DNA of 64,000 nucleotides from contig OZ223301.1 of NCBI GenBank assembly GCA_965140705.1, positions 224,001 through 288,000 of the forward strand, written 5' to 3'. The DNA comes from an uncultured Arcobacter sp. (GTDB lineage Bacteria > Campylobacterota > Campylobacteria > Campylobacterales > Arcobacteraceae). Below are positions 28,306-37,740 of the stretch, piece after piece; within the stretch, counting starts at the first letter, position 1; every line of letters begins with the position of its first letter. Under the pieces are notes generated by a model. That model made no database searches. It saw only the letters and a program-made list of their open reading frames with translations, and was not told the origin of the DNA. A program made the translations under genes and the position numbers.

Positions 28306-28826
28306 TAATTTTAGACTTTGAAACAAATAGCCATAATGAACATGATGTTATAGAAGCAGCAGCTGTAAAATTAGAGCTTGTAAATGGTGAATATGTAGTT
28401 TGTGATAAATTTCATAGATATTATCTCTCTCGTTATCCTGTAAATCCTTATTCATATGAAGTTCATAAGCTAACTCCCGAAGCCATATTAAAAATAAGAC
28501 AAAATTCATCTTATGCTTCTTATTTCAAAGAAGATGAGGATTTTGTAGAGTTTTGTAGTGGGGTAGAAACTTTAATTGCTCATAATATTAGTTTTGAACT
28601 TCGTCATTTAAGACAAATTGTAAACTTTAAAAATCATATTTGCACGATGAAAGAGAATAAGTATATTGTAAAAGCCTTGAATAAAAATGCTAAGATTAAA
28701 AATCCGACTTTAGATGAAGTGTGCTTTTATTATGGTATTGAGTTTGATGAGAGTAATCATCATAGTGCTACATATGATGTTAGTAAAACTTTTGAGATAT
28801 TAAAAAGAATGAAAAAATCAAATTAG
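28302..28826 (+). CDS. DEDDh 3'-5' exonuclease (DnaQ-like)
   Basis: ILDFET, IAHNISFE and HSATYD motifs. Overlaps the upstream gene by 4 bp. Confidence 0.85.
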   Translation: MIILDFETNSHNEHDVIEAAAVKLELVNGEYVVCDKFHRYYLSRYPVNPYSYEVHKLTPEAILKIRQNSSYASYFKEDEDFVEFCSGVETLIAHNISFELRHLRQIVNFKNHICTMKENKYIVKALNKNAKIKNPTLDEVCFYYGIEFDESNHHSATYDVSKTFEILKRMKKSN

Positions 28827-28833
28827 TAAATTG

Positions 28834-29163
28834 CTATAAAGCATTTACTAATTCAACATCCAAATATTCGTCTATTTTTTCAATAAAATCTTCAAATGAA
28901 ACAGTTCCTTTTTTATCAAAAAGTACAACCTCTTCACCAAAATCATTTTTAATGTAATGATTTTCATTAGCAGTTACTTTTTCATATAATTTTTGCATCT
29001 CATCACTTGCATCATCTTGATTATGCAAAAACCAATTTACTGTAGTATCTTCTATTCTTATTAGTCCATAGGTATTTGTTTCATCAACATAGTCTTGAAT
29101 TGTTCCATTTTCAAAACTTGCACCTACTACTAAATCATTTTCATTTAAAATCATATCCATCAT
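28834..29163 (-). CDS. Acidic hypothetical protein
   Basis: 109-aa ORF starting 3 nt after the helicase stop. No motif recognised. Confidence 0.6.
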   Translation of the reverse strand: MMDMILNENDLVVGASFENGTIQDYVDETNTYGLIRIEDTTVNWFLHNQDDASDEMQKLYEKVTANENHYIKNDFGEEVVLFDKKGTVSFEDFIEKIDEYLDVELVNAL

Positions 29164-29166
29164 ATC

Positions 29167-30474
29167 TTATCTCCCAAAACTTCTGTTAGAATCTCTTTTT
29201 GTTGTTTTTTTCTTTTTTACTACTTTTTTAGGTAGTTGAGCCTTATCTTTAGGTTTTTTATTTTTATCCTTTAGGCCTTTTTTCTGACTAAGTGATTGTG
29301 TTTTAAATCTTGCAACTCTTGGTTGTTTTTCATTTAGCTCATATTCATCATGTGTAAGTCTTGGCACATTTATTATTAGCTCTTTTTCTATTTCAGCCAT
29401 TTGTACATACTCTTTTACACACAATAGTGTTGTAGCAACTCCTGGGTTTCCAGCTCGTCCTGTTCTTCCTATTCTATGTGTATAATCAACTGTTGTCTCA
29501 GGTAACTCAAAATTAACTACATTTGGTAATAACTCTATATCAATTCCCCTTGCTGCAATATCAGTTGCAACAAGTACTCTTAAGGTTTTAGCTTTAAAGC
29601 CTTCTAGTGCTCTTGCTCGAACTGGTTGTTTTATATCTCCATGGATACAAGCTGTTTTTAGTCCATCTAAATTGAACTGTTCTGTTATCTCATCTGCTTT
29701 TGCTTTAGTATTAACAAATACTAAAACTTGTTCCCAATTTTCTGAACCAATTAGATATGATAAAAACTCTATTTTTTTATCTTCATCCATTAGGTATATT
29801 TGTTGCTCAATTATATCTACAGCTGAACGTTGTGATGAAACTTCTATTACAACTGGTTTGTGTAAAAACTCTTTCGCAAGTTTTTTAATATTTTGATTGA
29901 TAGTTGCAGAGAACATTCCAATATGTCTTGTTTTTGCACATTGGGAAAAGATAAGTTCAATATCTTTTAAAAACCCCATTTCAAGCATAGTATCAGCTTC
30001 ATCAAGAACTATATTATTTATACTTGATAAGTTTACTGATTTTGTTTTTATATGGTCAATTAGTCTTCCAGGTGTTGCAACAAGTACATCAATCCCAGCA
30101 TTTATTTTTCTAATTTGCTCTTTATGACTTAAGCCTCCCACAACAATAGTTTGTTTTATGTCTAAATATCTTCCATAGTGTGAGATACTTTTTTCTATTT
30201 GTTTTGCTAATTCTCTTGTAGGAACTAAAATCAAACTTCTAAGAACTCTTTTATTTGTAGAATCACTATCTTTTGTTTCAAAAAGTTTTTGCAAAATAGG
30301 AAGTACAAAGGCAGCAGTTTTACCTGTACCACTTTGTGCAGTTGCAATTACATCACTATTTTTAAGTAATACAGGTATTACTTTCTCTTGAACTTCAGTT
30401 GGTTTTTCATAACCTTCTTCTTCAAGAGCTTTTAAAATCTCTGAACAAAGTTTTATTGTGTTGAAAGTTTTGAT
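29167..30474 (-). CDS. DEAD-box RNA helicase (RhlE-like), probable ATC start
   Basis: Q motif GYEKPTEVQ and AQSGTGKT lie upstream of the ORF-track start. PTRELA, DEAD, SAT and HRIGRTGRAG follow. AAAGGA RBS sits 6 nt before ATC at 30474. Confidence 0.9.
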   Translation of the reverse strand: MKTFNTIKLCSEILKALEEEGYEKPTEVQEKVIPVLLKNSDVIATAQSGTGKTAAFVLPILQKLFETKDSDSTNKRVLRSLILVPTRELAKQIEKSISHYGRYLDIKQTIVVGGLSHKEQIRKINAGIDVLVATPGRLIDHIKTKSVNLSSINNIVLDEADTMLEMGFLKDIELIFSQCAKTRHIGMFSATINQNIKKLAKEFLHKPVVIEVSSQRSAVDIIEQQIYLMDEDKKIEFLSYLIGSENWEQVLVFVNTKAKADEITEQFNLDGLKTACIHGDIKQPVRARALEGFKAKTLRVLVATDIAARGIDIELLPNVVNFELPETTVDYTHRIGRTGRAGNPGVATTLLCVKEYVQMAEIEKELIINVPRLTHDEYELNEKQPRVARFKTQSLSQKKGLKDKNKKPKDKAQLPKKVVKKKKTTKRDSNRSFGR

Positions 30475-30575
30475 AACTATTCCTTTTAGTTTTGTATTTT
30501 AAAAAAGTGATTATATCAAATAGTGTATAATATCTCAATTTTATTCTTTCACAAAAAATATTTTAAAGGCAAACT

Positions 30576-31451
30576 ATTAAAAATTTTAAAAAAGTACATA
30601 TCGAAATAACTAATATCTGTAATTTAAAATGTTCCTTTTGTCCTCCTAAAAACTTACCAAATACTACAATGAGTTTAGATAAGTTTGAAAAGATAAATAG
30701 TGAACTCTCAAGTGTTACAAAAGAGTTAGCATATCATGTAGTTGGGGATCCCTTAGTTGTATCAAATCTGAATCAGTACTTGGATATAAGTAAAAATCAT
30801 GGTTTAAAAGTTAATCTTACTACTACTGGGTATAACTTAAAAGAAGAACAATTTGAATCATTGTGTAATAGTGCAATAAAACAAATTAACTTTTCAATTA
30901 ATTCATATAATGGGAATTCTCACAAAAAAAGCTTAGATGAATATTTAACTCCTATTTTTAATTTTTGTAAATATGCCTTGGAAAAAGAGGTGGAGTTTTT
31001 TATAAATTTGAGAATTTGGAATTTTGATGAAGAAAAAAGTGCAAAAGAGTTTAATAAAAAAGTCTTTGAAAAAGCTTTTGAGTATTTTGATATGACTTTA
31101 GATATTGATGAATTTTATGTAGCAAAACCCAAAAATATAAGAGTTGCAAGAAAGATATTTTTCAATTTTGATGATTATTTTGAGTGGCCAAGTTTGGAAA
31201 ATGAATTTGTATCAGACAAAGGTTTTTGTTATGGCTTAGATTCTCATTTTGGTATATTAGCAAATGGAACAGCGGTTCCTTGTTGTTTGGATAAGGATGC
31301 TTGTATAAACCTAGGAAATGTCTTTGAAGATAGTTTACAAAATATATTAACTTCAAAAAGAGTAAATGATATAAAAGATGGATTTAAAAAAGGCATAGTG
31401 GTTGAAGAACTTTGCCAAAAATGTTCTTACAGAACAAGATTTGACAAATAA
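30576..31451 (+). CDS. Radical SAM protein with SPASM/Twitch domain, probable ATT start
   Basis: IEITNICNLKCSFC (CxxxCxxC) is in frame upstream of ATG 30669. C-terminal CYG..PCC..LGN..CQKC. AAAGG RBS sits 6 nt before ATT 30576. Confidence 0.88.
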   Translation: MKNFKKVHIEITNICNLKCSFCPPKNLPNTTMSLDKFEKINSELSSVTKELAYHVVGDPLVVSNLNQYLDISKNHGLKVNLTTTGYNLKEEQFESLCNSAIKQINFSINSYNGNSHKKSLDEYLTPIFNFCKYALEKEVEFFINLRIWNFDEEKSAKEFNKKVFEKAFEYFDMTLDIDEFYVAKPKNIRVARKIFFNFDDYFEWPSLENEFVSDKGFCYGLDSHFGILANGTAVPCCLDKDACINLGNVFEDSLQNILTSKRVNDIKDGFKKGIVVEELCQKCSYRTRFDK

Positions 31452-31460
31452 GGATTAGTA

Positions 31461-32246
31461 TTGAATGAAGTAGATTTGATAAAGAAAAGTTTAAAAGATT
31501 TTTTTACACCACAAATATTAAAAATTGCGATTGTACCTCTTTTAGTAACTGTTTTAGTTATGGTTATTATATTTATGGGTTTTGCTGATTATAGTCTATC
31601 TTCGTTAGATCAAGTAATTATCCAAGTACAAAATGGAGAAGAGTTTACCGTTGATCCAAATGCTCCATTTTATTATGTTTGGGCAGTCAATGTTTTGACT
31701 TTTCTTTTACACTATTCTATAACTGCTTGGTTAGCTGGATTTTTACTTTTTACAGTAGGTACATTTTTTATATTATTTTTTTCTATTTTTACAACTTTGA
31801 TTATTATTGGATTTTTAACTCCTATGATTATAGAGACTTTGCGAAAAAGACATTATCCTGGTTTGGTATTAAAAGGTCATGGTTCCTTGGTCTCTCCACT
31901 TTGGGTGGCATTTAAAAGTGTAGTTGTGATGATGTTATTATTTATTCTTTTTATTCCTTTTTATTTTATACCTTTAGTAAATATTATTGCTTTTAATTTG
32001 CCTATTTACTACTTTTTTCACAAGCTCTTAAATTTTGATGTGACATCTACTATGTTAAGTTCTAGGGAGTATTTTGAAATATATACTAGTAAAAAAAATC
32101 TATTTAGATTTAGAACTTTATTATTATATTTTATCTCAATGGTACCTTTTATAGCGCTTTTTTCTGCTGTGTTTTTTATAGTATATTTATCAAATGGATA
32201 TTTTGTGGAGTTAAATAAAATAAGAAAACCTGGATTAGATATTTAG
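31461..32246 (+). CDS. EI24/CysZ-like membrane protein
   Basis: Hydrophobic helices, GFLTP..I...RKRHYP and PFYFIPLVN motifs. Confidence 0.65.
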   Translation: MNEVDLIKKSLKDFFTPQILKIAIVPLLVTVLVMVIIFMGFADYSLSSLDQVIIQVQNGEEFTVDPNAPFYYVWAVNVLTFLLHYSITAWLAGFLLFTVGTFFILFFSIFTTLIIIGFLTPMIIETLRKRHYPGLVLKGHGSLVSPLWVAFKSVVVMMLLFILFIPFYFIPLVNIIAFNLPIYYFFHKLLNFDVTSTMLSSREYFEIYTSKKNLFRFRTLLLYFISMVPFIALFSAVFFIVYLSNGYFVELNKIRKPGLDI

Positions 32247-32918
32247 TCTATATCCAGTTCCTTGTATATTTTTAAGTATATTTTTTGGAAGTTTTTTTCG
32301 TAAATTTTTGATAAATAGTCTTAGGGCATTTTGTGTCATAATAGACGTCTCTTCCCAAAGAATATTTTCAATCTCATGGTAAGTGATGATTCTTCCTTTT
32401 ACTAAAAGCATTTTTAGAAATATATTCTCTTTTTTAGTAAGTATAAACTCTTCACTAGGTCCTTTTACAAGTGCTTTACTCTCATCATAAACCCATAAAG
32501 GTATAAGATTAAAAATAGTACTATTTTCAAAACTATCGATAAAAGCTTTGAGTGCAAGGTTAAGTTTCTCTTCTGTGATTGGTTTTACTATATATTTTAC
32601 TAAGTGAAGCTCTGTAGCATCTAAAAGATATTCTAAATCAGTATGTGCTGAAGTTATTATTACTCGCACTTTGGGATTAGTTTCTCTTATTTTTTTTACT
32701 AGATCTAAGCCACTCATTTTTGGCATTTTAATATCTGTAATTATTAAATCAGGTTTTTTTTCTAAGTACAATTTATAAGCTTCTTCCCCATCTTTTGCTA
32801 GATATATGTTTTTAAACATGCAATCAAGAATTTCAAAAATATTATTTTGAATACCAATTTCATCTTCTGCATAAAGTAAAGTAAAACTTCTTAGTTGGTT
32901 TACTAGATTATAATCCAT
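32235..32918 (-). CDS. OmpR-family response regulator
   Basis: Receiver LYAEDE, ITDIKMP and YIVKP, then wHTH LTKKE...IKNLRKKL...GTGYRL. Confidence 0.92.
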   Translation of the reverse strand: MDYNLVNQLRSFTLLYAEDEIGIQNNIFEILDCMFKNIYLAKDGEEAYKLYLEKKPDLIITDIKMPKMSGLDLVKKIRETNPKVRVIITSAHTDLEYLLDATELHLVKYIVKPITEEKLNLALKAFIDSFENSTIFNLIPLWVYDESKALVKGPSEEFILTKKENIFLKMLLVKGRIITYHEIENILWEETSIMTQNALRLFIKNLRKKLPKNILKNIQGTGYRLNI

Positions 32919-32975
32919 AGGATACCTTGTAATAAAAGATATGTTAAAATATATAATTAAAAAAATGGAGTAAAT

Positions 32976-34529
32976 TTGCGTTTCGTAACCGAAAAAAATA
33001 TATCCAGAATAATCATATATATTTTTATAGTTATTATGACAACTATGATAACTCTTATATCATATTTTTACGTAAAAAACACTTACGCTGACTTTGATAT
33101 TGAGCTAAATAAGTTTGTAAATGATTATTATTCACACCAAAAAGCTCTTCTAAAAAAAGAGATAAATGTTGTAATTGATATTATAAATTACAATGCCACA
33201 AAAAGTGGTAGTACAGAAAAAGAATTAAAAGAAGAGACAATAAGACTTCTAAATAATATTTCCTTTGAAAGGGAAAGAAGTAATTATATCTTTGTATATG
33301 AAATTTTAGATTTTAAAGGTGGAGATAAGTTTGCAAAACTATTAGTCAATCCAAATAGATTGGATATAGTTGGAAAAGTTATTTCATCAAATTATAAAGA
33401 TGCGAATGGTAAAAAATTTAGACAAGATTTTCTAAATGATATAAAGGAAAAAGGAGAATCTTTTACCCAATATGTATATAAAAAGTTCTCTTCTGATCAA
33501 GTAAGACAAAAAATTACTTATTTTAAACTTTATCCAACTTGGAATTGGGTTATAGCTGTTGGTGTTTATACAGATGATATTGAAAAAGATATTGCTAAGA
33601 AAAAAGAAGATTTAAGAAGTAGAGTTAAAACTCAAATAATACAAACAGTATTTTTATTTATATTATTTTTATCTATTGGTATTGTTTTAACAATACTGTT
33701 AAGTGAAAGAATTGACGATTTCTTCAAAGAGTATAGGGAAAAAGTAAAAGCAAAATCTGATGCCTTAATTGAGTTAAATGAAACTTTGGAAAAGAGAGTT
33801 TCCGATGAGTTAGAAAAAAATAGAGAACATGAACAACTTCTTGTTCAAAAATCAAAATTTATTGCTTTAGGTGAAATGATATCAAATATTGCCCATCAAT
33901 GGAGGCAACCACTATCTGAACTCTCTTCAATATTTATGAATATAAAATTTAAACATGGTCTGAATAAATTGGATAAAGAAACAATGGATAAAAAATCTAA
34001 AGAAGCAGAAGTAGTATTAAACTATATGTCCCATACTATTGATGATTTTAGAAACTTCTTTATGCCAACAAAAGATAAAGAAGAGTTTTATTTAAAAGAT
34101 GCAATTAAATCAGTTATGACTATAGTCTCATCAGCTTTGAAATATAATAATATAAAAGTAGAAATTGAAGTAGGAGATGATCTGAAATTAAATACATTTC
34201 TCAATGAATATGAACAAGTACTATTAAATATAATCTCAAATGCAAAAGATGTTTTGATTCAAAATAAGATTGAAAATCCAATTATTAAAATTTATGCTGA
34301 AGAGCAGGGCAATTATATTCTTTTGTCTATAGAAGATAATGGAGAAGGTGTAAAAGTAAATCCAAAGAGTAAAATATTTGAACCATATTTCACAACTAAA
34401 AGTGATAGTGATGGAACAGGTATTGGTTTATATATGTCTAAGATAATTGTTGATAAAAATATGAAAGGTAAACTAAGAGTTCGTAATACAAAAGATGGTG
34501 CAAAATTTGTAATAACTGTGCCTAAATAA
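32976..34529 (+). CDS. Cache-domain sensor histidine kinase
   Basis: Two TM helices around a single-Cache-like domain (DANGK, WNWVIAVGVY). H-box IAHQWRQPL, N-box NAKD and G-boxes. Confidence 0.92.
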   Translation: MRFVTEKNISRIIIYIFIVIMTTMITLISYFYVKNTYADFDIELNKFVNDYYSHQKALLKKEINVVIDIINYNATKSGSTEKELKEETIRLLNNISFERERSNYIFVYEILDFKGGDKFAKLLVNPNRLDIVGKVISSNYKDANGKKFRQDFLNDIKEKGESFTQYVYKKFSSDQVRQKITYFKLYPTWNWVIAVGVYTDDIEKDIAKKKEDLRSRVKTQIIQTVFLFILFLSIGIVLTILLSERIDDFFKEYREKVKAKSDALIELNETLEKRVSDELEKNREHEQLLVQKSKFIALGEMISNIAHQWRQPLSELSSIFMNIKFKHGLNKLDKETMDKKSKEAEVVLNYMSHTIDDFRNFFMPTKDKEEFYLKDAIKSVMTIVSSALKYNNIKVEIEVGDDLKLNTFLNEYEQVLLNIISNAKDVLIQNKIENPIIKIYAEEQGNYILLSIEDNGEGVKVNPKSKIFEPYFTTKSDSDGTGIGLYMSKIIVDKNMKGKLRVRNTKDGAKFVITVPK

Positions 34530-34546
34530 TTAATAAATTATTGGCA

Positions 34547-34585
34547 TAAAAAAAGGGGATAGAGTTTTTCTATCCCCTTTTTATT
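34547..34585. terminator. Bidirectional intrinsic terminator
   Basis: AAAAAAGGGGATAGA...TCTATCCCCTTTTT hairpin between convergent genes. Confidence 0.85.
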
Positions 34586-34603
34586 TTAAATATAATCTAT
34601 TTA

Positions 34604-35887
34604 TCAACCACCATACATCAAGTTAGGTAAGAATAGAGCGATTTCTGGTATATAAGTAACCATAATCAATCCCGCAAGGATAGTTAATGTCCAAGGTAAA
34701 GTTGCAACGATAACATCTTTTATAGACATTCCCGTAAGCCCTGAGGTAACAAATAAGTTTAGACCAACAGGAGGGGACACCATCCCAAGTTCCATATTGA
34801 TAGTGATTACTATACCAAAGTGAATTGGGTCAATTCCAAGTGCAACAGCAACTGGAAGTAATAAAGGCACCATAATCATAATAATTGCACTAGGTTCCAT
34901 AAATGACCCAGCAATAATTAAAAGAATATTTACCATAAGTAAGAACATATATTTATCAACATTTGCTTGAACTAGAGCATGAGTAATCATTTGTGGAATG
35001 TTTTCTATTGTTAAGAAGTGAGCAAATAACATTGCATTTGCGATGATAAACATAATCATTGCAGTTGTCTTTGCTGATTCTAAGGCAGTCGCATAAAATT
35101 CTGTTAATTTAATATCTTTATAAATAAATACAGATATGAAAAATGCCCAAACAGCAGCAACTGCAGCAGCTTCAGTTGGTGTAAATATACCACCATAAAT
35201 ACCACCAATAACAAGAACAATTGTCATAAGACCCCATGAAGCATCTTTCATTTTAGCAAGTCTTACTTTGAAAGGCTGAGGTTCAGTTTTTTCAAATCCT
35301 AATCTTCTAGCTCCAATATAAGTAACAACCATAAGCATGATTCCTAATAATATACCAGGAACAACACCAGCCATGAATAATCTACCGATTGAAACTTCTG
35401 CAGTTACACCATAAACGATTAGTACAATAGAAGGTGGAATTAATATTCCTAATGAACCAGCAGTTGCAATAGTACCAACAGCATATTTTTTAGGGTAACC
35501 AGCTTGCATAATGGCACCAAACATAATAGAACCAATAGCAACAACAGTTGCAGGAGAAGAACCAGAAACAGCTGCAAAAATAATAGATGCAAAAATTGCT
35601 GAAATTGGTAATCCACCTGGTAAGTGTCCTACAAGTGATTTAGCAAATTCAATAATCCTTTGTGCGGCACTTCCTTTACTAAGTAAGTTACCAGCTAGAA
35701 TAAACATTGGAATTGCCATAAGTGAATAATGGTCAACTTTCTCAAAAATCATTGAAGATACTTCAATAGGTGATATAGGAGTAAATAACATCATTGTAGT
35801 AAATGTTGCAGCTCCTAAACAAATAGCAATAGGTGCTCCAATAAGTACTAAGAAGAAAAATATTCCAAATAATACAGCTATACTCAT
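34604..35887 (-). CDS. dctM: TRAP transporter large permease
   Basis: AIPMFILAG, SGSSPAT, LGILIPPS, FTPTEAA and SPPVGLNLF motifs. Confidence 0.93.
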   Translation of the reverse strand: MSIAVLFGIFFFLVLIGAPIAICLGAATFTTMMLFTPISPIEVSSMIFEKVDHYSLMAIPMFILAGNLLSKGSAAQRIIEFAKSLVGHLPGGLPISAIFASIIFAAVSGSSPATVVAIGSIMFGAIMQAGYPKKYAVGTIATAGSLGILIPPSIVLIVYGVTAEVSIGRLFMAGVVPGILLGIMLMVVTYIGARRLGFEKTEPQPFKVRLAKMKDASWGLMTIVLVIGGIYGGIFTPTEAAAVAAVWAFFISVFIYKDIKLTEFYATALESAKTTAMIMFIIANAMLFAHFLTIENIPQMITHALVQANVDKYMFLLMVNILLIIAGSFMEPSAIIMIMVPLLLPVAVALGIDPIHFGIVITINMELGMVSPPVGLNLFVTSGLTGMSIKDVIVATLPWTLTILAGLIMVTYIPEIALFLPNLMYGG

Positions 35888-36510
35888 AGCATTCCTCCTG
35901 TTTTCTTTTCAACTTCTTTAACCATCTCATTTAGATGTTTTACATTTTCATTATCTTTATGCTCTTTTGCACCCATTCCCATACCTGCTAAAACTTGTTC
36001 AGCTTCACTCTCTTTTAGAATTTTATCGTGATTTGTTGATAAAATTGCATGGATTCTCTCTGCAACTCTAAAAGCTCCAAAAAGAAATGAAATAGGAATA
36101 ACTAAATAAACTATCCACATAGGCATATTCCATAAATCAATTGATCTTTCATCTAAAGGATAAACTACTTGAGTTATATATTGAAGACCATAATATGAAA
36201 CAGCAAGTAAGAAAACTAATGTTACTGTATGAGAAATGATTAACATACCTTTTGCAATTCGTGATGGCATACTATCTAAAAGAATAGTAACTGCAATATG
36301 TGCATCTTTTTTGAAACAATAAGCTGCTCCGAAAAAAGCACTCCATAATAATAAATCAACGCTTAACTCTGTTGCCCAAGTTAAAGAAGCATCAAAAATA
36401 TATCTCGCTATAACGTTAACAAATGCAATAGAAACTCCAATAACCATACCAAACGCAGCTATTTTTTGGTTAATGTGACCTATTGCTTTACTTAGAAGTC
36501 TTATTATCAT
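35884..36510 (-). CDS. dctQ: TRAP transporter small permease
   Basis: NVIARY, W..EL and HIAV motifs. Four TM helices. Confidence 0.88.
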   Translation of the reverse strand: MIIRLLSKAIGHINQKIAAFGMVIGVSIAFVNVIARYIFDASLTWATELSVDLLLWSAFFGAAYCFKKDAHIAVTILLDSMPSRIAKGMLIISHTVTLVFLLAVSYYGLQYITQVVYPLDERSIDLWNMPMWIVYLVIPISFLFGAFRVAERIHAILSTNHDKILKESEAEQVLAGMGMGAKEHKDNENVKHLNEMVKEVEKKTGGML

Positions 36511-36522
36511 AATATCTCCATT

Positions 36523-37578
36523 TTATTTTGTATTAAGAGCATCATTAATTAAATCTTTTCCTATTAAATCTTTATCATAAAATTCAGGATAGATTTTACT
36601 AACAGCTTCTTTCCAAGCAGCTCTTTGTTCAGGAGTTAACTCAAATATTTCAAGTTTTCCAGTTGTCTTTGCATACTCTTTAATTTTTTCAAATTGAGAA
36701 TCATTTAACTCTTGAGCATACTCTCTTTCTTTAACAGTAGCTTCATTCATGGCTTGAACAACATCTTTTTGTAAATCTTCAGGTAATGAGTTCCAGAATT
36801 TTTTAGACATTACAACTAAATAACCAAGGTAACCATGGTTTGAAACAGTTAAATATTTTTGTACTTCATGGAATTTTTTAGTCCAAATATTTGAAAATGG
36901 ATTTTCAGCACCATCAATAACACCTTGTTGTAAACCAGAATAAACTTCAGAGAAAGGCATCATTTGTGGATTTGCACCAACAGCTTTAAATTGTGCTTCT
37001 AAAACTTTTGAAGACATGATTCTAAATTTTTGACCTTCTGCATCTTTTGGCATAATTATTGGTTTTTTAGATGAAGATAATTGTTTAAAACCATTATCCC
37101 AAAAATTTAATGCTATATATCCTTTGTCATCAATCATTTGTTTTAATTTTTTACCAACAATACCGTCTTGAACTCTATGTAATTGATCAATATCTTTAAA
37201 TAAAAACGGTAAATCAAATAGTGCTAATTGAGGAACAATTTTACCAAATTTAGAAAAAGATGGTGCCGCCATTTGAACTGAATTTAAAGTTAAAGCTTTT
37301 AAAACAGCATTGTCTTTATACAATTGAGAAGATGGATAAACTTGAACATCAATTCTACCATTTGATAGTTCTTCTAACCTTTTTTCAAAATAGTCCGCTG
37401 CTTTCCCCTTTGGTGTATTTTCACTTACAACATGTGAAAATTTTAATGTATATTCAGGTCCAGTATTTTCAGTTTTTGAAGCAACTTTTTGATTTTCTTC
37501 TTTTGTATCTCCACAACCAGTAAATAATAGTGAACCAAGAGTTGCACTAATTATTAAACTTTTTATAGTGATTTTCAT
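36523..37578 (-). CDS. dctP: TRAP solute-binding protein DctP, lipoprotein form
   Basis: Lipobox LFTGC plus linker. FSHVV..TPKG, FRIMSS, FSEVYSGLQQGVIDGAENP and NHGYLGY motifs. Confidence 0.92.
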   Translation of the reverse strand: MKITIKSLIISATLGSLLFTGCGDTKEENQKVASKTENTGPEYTLKFSHVVSENTPKGKAADYFEKRLEELSNGRIDVQVYPSSQLYKDNAVLKALTLNSVQMAAPSFSKFGKIVPQLALFDLPFLFKDIDQLHRVQDGIVGKKLKQMIDDKGYIALNFWDNGFKQLSSSKKPIIMPKDAEGQKFRIMSSKVLEAQFKAVGANPQMMPFSEVYSGLQQGVIDGAENPFSNIWTKKFHEVQKYLTVSNHGYLGYLVVMSKKFWNSLPEDLQKDVVQAMNEATVKEREYAQELNDSQFEKIKEYAKTTGKLEIFELTPEQRAAWKEAVSKIYPEFYDKDLIGKDLINDALNTK

Positions 37579-37619
37579 ATATTTCTCCTTTTGTAATTAT
37601 AATTAATTATAATAAAATA

Positions 37620-37646
37620 TTATGTATATCTTATGTCTTTTTATGT
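37620..37646 (-). promoter_or_regulatory. Three TTATGT direct repeats upstream of lipoprotein dctP
   Basis: TTATGT at 37620, 37631 and 37641. Confidence 0.6.
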
Positions 37647-37691
37647 ATAAATTTATAAATTTTTTGGATATTTTTTTGATTTTTTGAAGTG

Positions 37692-37722
37692 TTTATATCA
37701 TCGGTAATACCGATGATATAAA
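37692..37722 (-). terminator. Intrinsic terminator between the dctP copies
   Basis: TTTATATCATCGGT-AAT-ACCGATGATATAAA perfect hairpin. Confidence 0.75.
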
Positions 37723-37740
37723 AGTTTTTGAAGGTAGAAA

